The notes under the pieces are model-generated. The model did not search any database and was not told where the DNA came from. It was given only the letters and a program-made list of their open reading frames with translations. Shown one piece after another: positions 25,842 to 37,604 of a stretch of DNA of 64,000 nucleotides. Source of the DNA: Macrostomum lignano. Lineage: Eukaryota. The stretch lies in assembly GCA_002269645.1 (NCBI GenBank), contig NIVC01000244.1, positions 204,484 to 268,483 on the forward strand, in the 5' to 3' direction. The position numbers and the translations under genes were made by a program. Each line of letters begins with the position of its first letter. The first letter of the stretch is position 1.

Positions 25842-26565
25842 GCATGTATAAAAGTAATAAATAGTATTTTCAAAAGTTTTTTGTTTAATTTACAATACAT
25901 ATTAAGCATACAAATATTAGCAGAAAAGTAATAGAATTGTAATAAACAAGCAATTGAATAGTTTTAGAAAGGCAGGTCACCATTTCAAGTCTATGGCTAC
26001 TATTGCATACCACTAAAGTCAATTTATCTTAACTTGAGCCCTTACTATCCCAACTACGAGTACAATGTGTATGTGGCATCAGATAGAATATCTCTTCTGT
26101 TTAAGTCCCCAAGCCCATGAATTTAAGAGCTTCCCTCATATTGACAGTGAAAAAACCATATTTTAACATTAGTCTCAACCATCCCTATCGTACAATGGGC
26201 ATATGGCATCAAAAGTCCTTGTTGCTTAAGTCCTTAGCCCTAGCCCCTAGGGACTTAAAAGCTCACCTCACAAAAGCTTTGAAACCAGCAACATTGATTC
26301 ATTTCTAAAACTTTTTCACTGCTCTACCCCCACCAATCAACTCAATGGCTCCAATAGTCTTTTATGTCTCAAGTCTTACAAGTTTTTGAGTGGCTTAGAT
26401 GCAGGAACTAGATATGGAAATATGTGCTCCTGTAACCATATCTGTATCCAGAGTTACAATGAAACTCTAAAAGTTGCCACTTTTCTACAGCCTTCCTGGC
26501 CAACTTTGCTCTTGTCTTTCATTGGACACTCTGCCAAGCGCCAAGTCCATTATTAGTTGGCCATG

Positions 26566-26940
26566 GAGCTGCAGCAGCAGCAGCAGCAGCAGCAGTCTCA
26601 TCATCATCAAGCCAGTGGGTTGCTCCGCTCTGCTCAAAGCTGCGAAGATGTTCAACAACTGATTCCTAATGCTACTGTCAGTAGTTCGGTTGGACAGAGC
26701 GCATCTAGCGGCAATGATCAGCTGATGTTGTCCGCGGCTAGGGAAGAGCGCGCCACCTCCACTGTGCTGCCCAGTAGTCAGCAGGCGGCCACCAGCACCT
26801 CGGATCTGTTGGACGCCTGCGGTGGCGTTGGCAGCGGTATTCAAGAAGGCTGTCCGCTTGTTGTCTGGCACTGCCGCTCGCCGTCCTCGCAGCTGTGCGA
26901 CCAGCAGCAACATATGGCTACCGGCTCTGCTGAATGCGCG
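26566..26940 (+). CDS. Putative 5' exon (polyQ/His, low complexity), probably belonging to the MARCH-like gene
   Basis: Open frame MELQQQQQQQQSHHHQ...SAECA ending at a strong GTGAGT donor; GC-richer than its flanks. Linkage to the RING exon is inferred. Confidence 0.45.
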
Positions 26941-27179
26941 GTGAGTCTGGTTTTTTGTTTAGTTATCTAAGCTGTGTACTTATTTTGAGCACACACATGC
27001 TCTCGCAGGGGCCCTGACTTCCAATCGTCAGGCATGTACACTCTCTGTGCCTTTGGGGTTGGTCCTCGTGGCCGAGAATCGCGGAGGGAGGGATGAAATC
27101 GAAGAGGATGGGAGAGGAGTGAAAAGAAGAAAGAGGAGAGGAGAAAAATGAGAGGAGAGAAAGACAAGAGAAGAGAATG

Positions 27180-27860
27180 AAATGAGAGAGAGGAAAGAAG
27201 AGAAGCAGATGAGCGATATGGTACAGATAAGAAAGGAAAGAAGAGAAGCAGATGAGAGATATGGTACAGATAAGAAAGGAAAGAAGAGAAGCAGATGAGA
27301 GATATGGTACAGATAAGAGAGGAAAGAAGAGAAGCAGATGAGAGATATGGTACAGATAAGAGAGGAAAGAATAGAAGCAGATGAGAGATATGGTACAGAT
27401 AAGAGAGGAAAGAAGAGAAGCAGATGAGAGATATGGTACAGATACGAGAGGAAAGAAGAGAAGCGGATGAGAGATATGGTACAGATAAGAGAGGAAAGAA
27501 GAGAAGCAGATGAGAGATATGGTACAGATAAGAGAGGGAAGAAGAGAAGCAGATGAGAGATATGGTACAGATAAGAGAGGAAAGAATAGAAGCAGATGAG
27601 AGATATGGTACAGATAAGAGAGGAAAGAATAGAAGCAGATGAGAGATATGGTACAGATAAGAGAGGAAAGAAGAGAAGCAGATGAGAGATATGGTACAGA
27701 TACGAGAGGAAAGAAGAGAAGCGGATGAGAGATATCGTACAGATAAGAGAGGAAAGAAGAGAAGCAGATGAGAGATATGGTACAGATGAGAGAGTACAGA
27801 TAAGAGAGGAAAGAAGAGAAGCAGATGAGAGATATGGTACAGATAAGAGAGGGAAGAAGA
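27180..27860. repeat. 43-bp GA-rich minisatellite
   Basis: Unit AGATGAGAGATATGGTACAGATAAGAGAGGAAAGAAGAGAAGC. Confidence 0.95.
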
Positions 27861-28609
27861 GAATATGAGAGTGGAGAGAAGGAATTAGAGAGTAGAGAGC
27901 TTAGAATAGCCACAAACCTTTAGCGGGCCGGATTGCTATTGTGAAGTTTCAAAGGACCCCATGGTCGGATAGAGAGGCTTTGCGGTCCGGAGTTTTCCAA
28001 CCACTGTTCTAAATTAAAAGATACTGAGACATAAATTAATCGTTTACTGCTTTTAAATGATCACGATTTGTGAATTCAAGGCACAAATAGAAAGCAAGAA
28101 AAAAAGAACAAATTTTTGATACTACTAAGCATTATACTCTAGTAGTATGTCCTTTGTGTGAGGCATCTCACGATAGGCTGTTTAAGTCTAGCAGTTGACG
28201 TTTTAATTGTTGATAACTAACCACTCGACAACAAGCTGTTCGCTAATTTTCCTCGCGCTATATAATTGGCCTGTTGGGTAATAATTTTTGTCCAAATTGC
28301 AGACTCTAATACTTTTAGAAAAACTTCGGTTAGCAATTTAACTGTCGCACTGCCTAATAACTGAAGCTGTATGTCGCGTTCTCATGTCTGACTAGAATAA
28401 ATTAGCATTAAATTCTGCTGCTCGTTTGTAACAGCGCACATTTTAGTCTAGCGATCTTTTTAACAAAATGTTGCAGTACTTGTAGCTTTTAGCAAATTTG
28501 TATTTAGCTAAATCGAAGTTACAAAATTTAGAACGCTTTTTATTATCATGTCTGCGGAATGGGCAGAATAGCCGTCGGCGCTGGTTTGTGCGATGATTTC
28601 GCCGAAGGC

Positions 28610-28880
28610 GTTGTGCCAGGGGGGTTGTAGCGTCGGACTCACGACTTAAAGGTCGGGGGTTCGATTCCCGATCCTTCTGGTCTAATTTGTGTCCTTGAGA
28701 ACTTTGCACTTAACTCTGCATTGCTTCAGTTCACCCAGCTGTAAAATGGGTGCCAGCATTAGCTGGGGTAATTGAGGGTGTGTGGCGACCCCCCAGTCCA
28801 TGGACTGAACAGCCGTACGCAGCCTTCAGATGCGCCGCGCGAATGCTGCGGCTGAGCTGTCGGTTGCACATCTGGCTCAA
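28610..28880 (+). mobile_element. tRNA-derived SINE with a CORE-like central domain
   Basis: tRNA-like head with A-box-like GGTTGTAGCGTCGG and B-box GGTTCGATTCCC, followed by GTGTCCTTGAGAAC...CACTTAAC...CTTCAGTTCACCCAGCTGTAAAATGGG, resembling the MIR/CORE consensus. A related head lies on the minus strand at 30643-30700. Confidence 0.7.
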
Positions 28881-28952
28881 TTGGGTCAGGTGTGATCAAT
28901 TATTATTATTACTATATTGTCAGTATCCCTGTGCGACATGTTTTCCCGTCAG

Positions 28953-30280
28953 CCAGCTCGACTGAAAAATTGCTGATGGCACAGTTTGTATCACCCGTTC
29001 CAACCCTTCCGCAGCCGCTGCATCTTCAGCACTATCAGCATCAGTTGCCGGTGTCTGCCGGTGTCTCACCAGATACCGCCGACTCTCAGGCTGACATCTG
29101 CCGAATCTGTCACTGTCCGGACACTGATCCGGCCGGCGATAATCCGCTTATATCGCCCTGTCTGTGCTCCGGCTCTTTAAAATACGTGCACAGAGACTGC
29201 CTGCAGCACTGGGTTAAATCGCAGGATATTAAAGTTTGTGAATTGTGCAAATTTGGCTTTGTTATGCGGGTCACTACTAAGCCGATTAGCGAGGTGAGAA
29301 ATATGTCTTAACCCTTCCTACGTACCTGTCAATTAACATATTTTTATCCGACCCTGTCAGCCAATCAGAATCTACCCCTATCCAACCCTGTTAGCCAATC
29401 AGAACCTACCCCTGTTCGACCCTATCAGCCAATCAGAATCCATCTCTATCCGATCCTGTCAGCCAATAAGATTAGTCCCTATCCGACCTGTCAGCCAATG
29501 AGCTTCGTCCCTATCCGACCCGACCCTGACAACCAATCAGCTTCGTCCCTATCCGACCCGACCCTGACAACCAATCAGCTTCGTCCCTATCCGACCCTGA
29601 CAGCCAATCAGCTTCGTCCCAATCCGACCCTTCAGCCAATCAGAATTCATCCCTATCCGACCCTGCCAGACAATCAGAATCCATCCCTATCCGACCCTGT
29701 CAGCCAATCAGAATCCATCCCTATCCAACCCTGCCAGCCAATCAGAATCCATCCCTAACCGACCCTGAAAGCCAATCAGAATCCATCCCTATCCGACCCT
29801 GACAGCCAACCAGCTTCATCCCTGACTCCCAGTTCACTAATCCCAGCTCATTTTCTCAATAAAACTAGAGTACTAATAGGATGAAACTCTCCAATTCCGC
29901 AGTGGCGAAAGCTGGACATTAGCTCACTAGAGCGGCGCAAGATAATCTGCAGCGTCTCATTTCACATCATCGCGCTCACCTGCGTGATCTGGTCCCTATA
30001 CGTGCTAATAGAGAAGACCAGCGCCGAGATCAACTCGGGCAAGCTGGAGTGGCCGTTCTGGACTAAGCTGGTAGTTGTAGCCATCGGCTTCACCGGCGGC
30101 ACAGTATTCATGTACGTGCAGTGCCGCACCTACTTCGGCTTGTGCAGACGGTGGCGCTCGTTCAATCGGACCTTCCTTATTCAGTCGGCATCCGAGGAGG
30201 AGCTCAGCCGGGCCAGGGCGCTGGCCAAAGCCCGGCCGCCAAGACGGTCGAGTGATTACTGCAGCGACGAATTAGTGTAG
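28953..30280 (+). CDS. MARCHF8: Membrane-associated RING-CH E3 ubiquitin ligase (MARCH1/MARCH8 type)
   Basis: RING-CH exon (~28953-29293): CRICHC...[24 protein letters not shown]...CELCK. Last exon 29903-30280: [36 protein letters not shown]...[19 protein letters not shown], two TM helices, closely matching MARCH1/8. The acceptor of the RING exon is uncertain. Confidence 0.92.
29345..29815. repeat. ~33-34-bp minisatellite containing AGCCAATCAG, in a MARCH intron
   Basis: Unit approximately CCCTATCCGACCCTGTCAGCCAATCAGAATCCAT. Confidence 0.9.
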
Positions 30281-30642
30281 TGTGTGTGTGTGTCCTGTAC
30301 CCCAGCCAACTGGAGCAGAATGTCGGCAATCTTACTGTATATTTTTCAGAATACAGTATAGCAAAATAGCAAATCTTTACGAAATCTGTGTTTGAACTGT
30401 TGTGTTTGATCTAGCGTTGCCGCAAACAGCAAATTCGGAACTAGAGGAGTTGTATTGCTAAAACACTGAAAACTTCCCTATTTCGCTGATGCATTTTGAA
30501 GCAGAAACTGCTATGCATGCATAACGGTCGATCCAATTAAAAGTACAAAGTTTTCAGGTAAAAAAAAATCCATGTTTGTCCATGGGCCAAACATGATTAT
30601 TCCAGTGGGATAATAATTAACAAATTATTCCAGTGGAATCAA

Positions 30643-30700
30643 GAATCGAACCCCCGACCTTTCAAGTCGCGATTCCGACGCTCTAACCACTAGGCTACAA
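30643..30700 (-). mobile_element. tRNA-like SINE head, related to the 28610 copy
   Basis: Reverse complement GTAGCCTAGTGGTTAGAGCGTCGGAATCGCGACTTGAAAGGTCGGGGGTTCGATTC carries A- and B-boxes and is nearly identical to 28624-28667; the anticodon stem does not pair. Confidence 0.65.
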
Positions 30701-32229
30701 CCTCTATTGTCTATGATTCACTGCCAATTGTGAGAGATTCTTCAATTTAGACTACTGAGAAAAGTAGACGAATAAAGATTTTAATTGTAAAATCTCTCAG
30801 ATCTCTTTCACGACAAAAGAATGTCTCCATAAAATAACCGTCTGTGCACACTAAGAGTGGTGGCAGAGGACGGCGTGTGGCTTATGGCCGACTGTGGCTG
30901 TGGAAAATGAACCAGAGACCTGTCTGCTGTCTCTCTGTCTGTGCAAGGTTCGATCGAGTACAGCTAAGATAGACAACAGGCTTCGAAAATTTTGGCTCGT
31001 TTGTGCCAGAGACAAAACGCAAATTTGTTTGTCTCTTAACAGAGTGAGTGTTTGCATGTTGTCTATGGCCCAACTCTGTTCTATGGGCTTTCAACTTGGG
31101 ATTTCCGTTTTCTAACTTAGTGCGTCATGACAAAAGCAATGATCGCCTACTGATTAGTAGTAGGGAAAGAATGTGAAGAGACAAACACAGACAAGGACTA
31201 CTTAAGTAAAAGGACAGGAACTACGTTTCTTGGAAAAGTTTTAGGAGGCTGGTTTTTATCGAAAAATACATTTGCGGATATCAAATTAACATGGAATCCT
31301 GATTTTCTGAACAATAGCTTTAAATATATATAAAAAGCGTATAAGAAAGGCAAGCTATACCAAAAGATGAACACTGGGTTTTCCTTCTATCAAAAGCAAT
31401 AACAATTTCCGTATTGTACTTTTTCAGTAAAACCTGCCTCCTAACTTTTTTAAGAAACCTTTGAGTGTGTGTTCAGATGTGTAAATTATGCTAGCTAGCC
31501 TACTAACCAGTAGCAAGGAAAGAACACATGACGCGAATCTGAATTGAGTGCAAATTTTCCAAAGTGGTAAGTAAGAATGGTGTAAATTGTTTTTGAAAGA
31601 GTCGCATTCCCATACCTCTTTACCCCGATCTCTGTTGTTGTTGTTTTTTTAACTTAAGTACCAACGGCGTGAGTGTCACTATGCCTCTGGTTTTGGCCTC
31701 GTCAGTTAACTCAGAATTCTAAAAAATGTTTTTTTCAACGTTTCCCTCTGCTGCTTCCTTTGTCGTTGTTTTTAAAAACCTATTCTATTGCTGGTTAGAT
31801 GCTGACACTACTGGCAGATTGTGTGAGCGTTTTGTTTTAACTATTGCAATATTATTGATTTGGCCATTCTTGATTTTGATGCTTCAATTCTGATTGCTTG
31901 CGCATGGCGAGTGTTTTTATAACGCCTATATGCTTTCAGCACCTGCTTGCTCTGCATACACGCCCAATGGCCTAGTCTCGTCTCATTGCTGAGCCTGTGT
32001 AAAATATAACTGTTTGAGTTTTATTGTGTAACTTACTGTATTGCGTTATCTCTGTCTTTGCCTGACTCTTAGTATTGAATCTCTCCCCTGCTGGCAATGC
32101 CTGCTGGCTTCATCCTGGATTTGTCCTAGTTGATGAGCAAAGCCTGTCTGCTAGCTGACGTTCGAATTGCCCTAATTGTTGAAGTTTTGTCCAGGTTGTA
32201 CCTGTCTAGTGCTTTATAGACTCCACTTG

Positions 32230-33020
32230 TCGCTAGTTAGTTAGTTTACTTGTTAGTAGGTTAGTTAGTTATTTAGTTAGTTAATCAGTCAGTCAGTCAG
32301 TCAGTCAGTCAGTCAGTTAGTTAGTTAGTCAGTCAGTTAGTTAGTTGGTCAGTCAGTCAGTCAGTCAGTTAGTTAGTCAGTTAGTCAGTTAGTCAGTCAG
32401 TTAGTTAGTTAGTTGGTCATCAGTCAGTCAGTCAGTTGTTAGTTAGTTAGTCAGTCAGCCAGTCAGTCAGTCAGGCAGTTAGTCAGTCAGGCAGTCAGTC
32501 AGTCAGTTAGTCAGTCAGTCAGTCAGTCAGTCAGTCAGTCAGGCAGTTAGTCAGTCAGGCAGTCAGTCAGCCAGTCAGTCAGTCAGCCAGTCAGTCAGCC
32601 AGTCAGTCAGTCAGGCAGTTAGTCAGGCAGTTAGTCAGTCAGTTAGTCAGTCAGCCAGTCAGTCAGCCAGTCAGCCAGTCAGTCAGCCAGTCAGTCAGTC
32701 AGTCAGCCAGTCAGTCAGTCAGGCAGTCAGTCAGACAGTCAGGCAGTCAGTCAGCCAGTCAGTCAGCCAGCAGGCAGTCAGTCAGCCAGTCAGGCAGTCA
32801 GTCAGCCAGTCAGCCAGTCAGTCAGCCAGCAGGCAGTCAGTCAGTCAGTCAGTCAGTCAGGCAGTCGGTCAGCCAGTCAGTCAGCCAGTCAGTCAGTCAG
32901 GCAGTTAGTCAGTCAGGCAGTCAGTCAGTCAGTCAGTCAGTCAGTCAGTCAGGCAGTCAGTCAGTCATTTAGTCAGTCAGTCAGTCAGTCAGTCAGGCAG
33001 GCAGTCAGGCAGGCAGTCAG
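32230..33020. repeat. Compound tetranucleotide microsatellite (AGTT/AGTC/AGCC/AGGC)n
   Basis: Directly visible. Confidence 0.97.
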
Positions 33021-34195
33021 CTAGTTTCAAGAACAGGCTTTGGTCACTGTCGTAAGCCCTAACGCGCGCAGGGTGTGCGGCTGCCCTGGCTTTCTCATTG
33101 TTAAGCACGCGCGCCCTCAGCCTTGGGGGTTGGCCCTCATAACGGCTGGAATCGCACGACAAGCACCATGGAGTCGAGTCTGTCTGGCAGGGGAGTTTGG
33201 CACTGTACATACCAAATCTGTTAATACTTGGCGTCAGCAAGCTTCACACCGGTTTGTGCAGTTAAATTCAAAACCGCACGCTGTCGTTGTGCTTTTCACT
33301 AAGAAGTTAATCTCGTCTGTTTTATTGTTTATTAACTTTGTTTTAACAATGGTTTATTAGTCGCATCCGGTCGGCTTCAAATGCCCTTTATTGTCCCAAG
33401 TTGAGGGATTTTTCCCTTCGTCTCTGGCAGATTCTAATGTTAATACTGTTGTTTAGATTTGTCAATAGCGTCTTGTTTATATTCGTCTCTAGCATGTATA
33501 ACTACGCTTAGTCAGGTCTTATTTTTGTTTGTCTAACAAATAGGATTGCAGACTTGGATCGTGACCTGTTTAATTTCAGTATGGCATATTTTATTGAGCT
33601 GTTTGAAATGCTGAGTACATGAATATTAGAAATACAGTACATTCAAGTTGCCATTGTATTCAATGCCGTGCTAATTAACGTTGTCGTAAAAAATTGATGC
33701 TAAAAATAGTTTTCATTTCCTTTGTTTGATTTTGTCATTTTTGCGCTACTAATAGTAGTTAAATAATATATCATCTCAACTTCGAATTTGTCAATGGTGA
33801 ATTGAAATTTGTCGGCTGACAGGTCTTCACGGGTAATTTGACAGTTAATTCAAAATGTCTGCGTGCGCCAGACAGGGAGGTCAGCAGGAGCAACAGGAAA
33901 ATCTGCAACAAGCTTCTGCTGCATTTTTGAGGGTCACAGTCTCTCCTGCACACACCTCATCCACCTCATCAGTTGTCCTCTTGGTGTCCAGTTCTATTGT
34001 GAAATGACATCATTGTATTGTTAACAAGTATAATCCTGAAATTTTCAAATTTACCCATTTTGTAGATATATTTATTTTGTGGCTCAGAGCTGACACAAGT
34101 TTACATAGCTATTGAAATTTAAGACAGCCCTGCGAATTCTGATTTATCCGCATATTTGAACTCATGTATTCGCTTTAGTCCATAGACGGGAGTAG

Positions 34196-34645
34196 CTCTG
34201 ACAGCCAGGCCATGTACAGATACAGTTAGGCCATAGACATATGCAGCTAGGCCATAGACAGATGCAGCTAGGCCATACACATATACAGCTAGGCCATAGA
34301 CATATACAGCTAGGCCACAGACATATACAGCTAGGCCACAGACATATACAGCTAGGCCATAGACATATACAGCTAGGCCATAGACATATACAGCTAGGCC
34401 ATAGACAGATACAGCTTGGCCATAGACAGATACAGCTAGGCCATAAACAGATACAGCTAGGCCATAGACAGATACAGCTAGGCCATAGACAGATACAGCT
34501 AGGCCATAGACAGATACTGCTAGGCCATAGACAGATACAGCTAGGCCATAGACAGATACAGCTAGGCCATAGACAGACACAGCTAGGCCATAGACAGATA
34601 CAGCTATAGGTCATAGATAGACACACTTAGGCCATAGACATGCAG
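34196..34645. repeat. 21-bp minisatellite
   Basis: Unit GCTAGGCCATAGACAGATACA. Confidence 0.96.
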
Positions 34646-34751
34646 CACGCAGATACAATACTCGTATTCGACAGACAAAGCCTGCAGCCTACATAGCTAC
34701 AGGCAACCGAGCTGTAACTATGTATTCTGGCCTACTGGCTAATGGTTGCAG

Positions 34752-35277
34752 TCAGTCCTGCCTGGCGAATCTCTCCAGGCTGCCCCGAACTGCGCCGCCG
34801 TCTCGGCCGGCCCCAACCCCCGACCCGGCCGCAGCTCGCTGCCCGCCGAGATCGATGCTGGCCAAGTAGGCGGCCAGTCTGGCCACGTTTGGCTGGCTGA
34901 ACAGCCAGATGAGGCCCAGCATGGTGCTGAGCACTCCCAGGCAGCTGCACACTGCGGCCACGCGGCCGTAGGCCACAGCGCGTCGCCTATCAGCGGCCGC
35001 TCTCGACGGTTGGCCTTCGGCGTCGCGTCGATCGCCGCGGGCCAGCAGGCTGTGCGAACGCATCGACAGGGCGACGGCGACGCCGCCTAGCAGGCAGTTG
35101 AAGCAGAGTGCCGTCACGGCCGAAACTACAAAGTTGGTCACTCGGTTGGTGTTGCCCCGGCAGCTGACGGCTCTGGCGGAGGCGCCGGCTCCAAACCGGA
35201 TTGGGAGGAGGCGCGGCGGAGCGGCGGCGACAGCGGCGCGGTTGATTTGCGTTTGCTGCGGCTGCTGTAGTTGCCAT
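34752..35277 (-). CDS. CD225/dispanin (IFITM/PRRT-like) membrane protein; 5' end uncertain
   Basis: SAVTALCFNCLLGGVAVALSMRSHSLLARGD...AVAYGRVAAVCSCLGVLSTMLGLIWLF matches the CD225 pattern S(I/L)FxTLxxNxCCLGxxAxxYSxK...GD followed by a second hydrophobic helix. The good-context ATG at 35277 is out of frame with this domain. Confidence 0.6.
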
Positions 35278-35324
35278 GGAAGCTCCGGAGCGGCGTCCGG
35301 CCTTTGGGCGGTTTTCGTGAATCT

Positions 35325-35520
35325 TTTCCAAATTTTTCCCGAATCTTTCCTGAATCTTTTCTGAATCTTTTCTGAATCTTTTTTGAATCTTTCCTGAATC
35401 TTTCCTGAATCTTTTCTGAATCTTTTCTGAATCTTTTCTGAATCTTTTCTGAATCTTTTTTGAATCTTTCCTGAATCTTTTCTGAATCTTTTCTGAATCT
35501 TTTCTGAATTTTTTCTGAAT
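35325..35520. repeat. 11-bp minisatellite
   Basis: Unit TTTTCTGAATC. Confidence 0.95.
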
Positions 35521-35554
35521 AATTTTCGAATCTATTTATGCGTAGAATACTTTA

Positions 35555-37175
35555 CTCTGGTGCCACTCCTACTGCCCATCTGGCGCCACTCCTGTTGTCC
35601 ATCTGGCGCCACTCCTACTGCCCATCTGGCGCCACTCCTGTTGTCCATCTGGCGCCACTCCTACTGCCCATCTGGCGCCACTCCTGTTGTCCATCTGGCG
35701 CCACTCCTACTGCCCATCTGGCGCCACTCCTGTTGTCCATCTGGCGCCACTCCTACTGCCCATCTGGCGCCACTCCTGTTGTCCATCTGGCGCCACTCCT
35801 ACTGCCCATCTGGCGCCACTCCTGTTGTCCATCTGGCGCCACTCCTACTGCCCATCTGGCGCCACTCCTGTTGTCCATCTGGCGCCACTCCTACTGCCCA
35901 TCTGGCGCCACTCCTGTTGTCCATCTGGCGCCACTCCTACTGCCCATCTGGCGCCACTCCTGTTGTCCATCTGGCGCCACTCCTACTGCCCATCTGGCGC
36001 CACTCCTGTTGTCCATCTGGCGCCACTCCTACTGTCCATCTGGTGCCACTCCTACTGCCCATCTGGCGCCACTCCTACTGCCCATCTGGCGCCACTCCTG
36101 TTGTCCATCTGGCGCCACTCCTACTGCCCATCTGGCGCCACTCCTGTTGTCCATCTGGCGCCACTCCTACTGTCCATCTGGTGCCACTCCTGTTGTCCAT
36201 CTGGCGCCACTCCTACTGCCCATCTGGCGCCACTCCTGTTGTCCATCTGGCGCCACTCCTACTGCCCATCTGGCGCCACTCCTGTTGTCCATCTGGCGCC
36301 ACTCCTACTGCCCATCTGGTGCCACTCCTACTGCCCATCTGGCGCCACTCCTACTGCCCATCTGGCGCCACTCCTGTTGTCCATCTGGCGCCACTCCTAC
36401 TGCCCATCTGGCGCCACTCCTGTTGTCCATCTGGCGCCACTCCTACTGCCCATCTGGCGCCACTCCTGTTGTCCATCTGGCGCCACTCCTACTGTCCATC
36501 TGGTGCCACTCCTACTGCCCATCTGGCGCCACTCCTGTTGTCCATCTGGCGCCACTCCTACTGTCCATCTGGCGCCACTCCTACTGCCCATCTGGCGCCA
36601 CTCCTGTTGTCCATCTGGCGCCACTCCTACTGTCCATCTGGTGCCACTCCTACTGCCCATCTGGCGCCACTCCTGTTGTCCATCTGGCGCCACTCCTACT
36701 GTCCATCTGGCGCCACTCCTACTGTCCATCTGGCGCCACTCCTACTGTCAATCTGGCGCCACTCCTGCTGTCGATCTGGCGCCACTCCTACTGTCCATCT
36801 GGCGCCACTCCTGCTGTCTATCTGGCGCCACTCCTGCTGTCTATCTGGCGCCACTCCTGCTGTCCATCTGGCGCCTGCACTCCTACTGTCCATCTGGTGC
36901 CACTCCTACTGCCCATCTGGCGCCACTCCTACTGTCCATCTGGCGCCACTCCTACTGTCAATCTGGCGCCACTCCTGCTGTCGATCTGGCGCCACTCCTA
37001 CTGTCCATCTGGCGCCACTCCTGCTGTCTATCTGGCGCCACTCCTGCTGTCTATCTGGCGCCACTCCTGCTGTCCATCTGGCGCCTGCACTCCTACTGTC
37101 CATCTGGCGCCCCTCCTACTGTCCATCTGGCGCCCCTCCCGCTGTCCATCTGGCGCCAATCCTGCTGTCCATCTG
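35555..37175. repeat. 23-bp minisatellite, each unit containing the palindrome TGGCGCCA
   Basis: Units CCATCTGGCGCCACTCCT(ACTGC/GTTGT) alternate; produces 540-600-aa stop-free ORFs in all three + frames. Confidence 0.97.
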
Positions 37176-37604
37176 GCGTCAACAGAAGGTTTAAGCACTT
37201 TCCGTCAGCCTATAAAACCCCTATTGAACTTTTGCACTTTCTATTCCAAAGAAAGTTTGGTTGTTCTTGTCCGCTGTCTTCAGCTTTTCTATCGTATGTT
37301 TCTTGCAAAAGAAAGTAAAAAGTACGAATTCCCCAGTCATTAATTATTCCATTAACTACTCACATTTGAGTCTGGAGAAACTGCGTCAGGACTTGGCTGC
37401 TTTACCAAGGGGCTGCCTGCCGTTGAGGCCAACCTGTTGTGGATGCAGGAGACCCAGAGAGAGAGAGAGCGCTCAGGGAAGCTGCTCTGATGTCCACTTG
37501 AAATCGAACTGGACTCGTACGTTTATTAGCCAAGATTTGGATGGGAGTGCAGGGTCTTGGCCTCTCCTAGCTGATTGGATTCTGCCTGGTGCAAGGAGAG
37601 CCTC

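Noticed and set aside
28620-30700. tRNA genes at 28620-28670 and 30643-30700
   Set aside because: A- and B-boxes are present, but there is no paired acceptor or anticodon stem; treated as SINE heads.
30851-31115. Overlapping short ORFs downstream of MARCH
   Set aside because: No motif, no preferred frame and no convincing splice sites.
35538-37343. 540-600-aa ORFs in all three plus frames
   Set aside because: 23-bp satellite (not a multiple of 3); the frames are permutations of one another.
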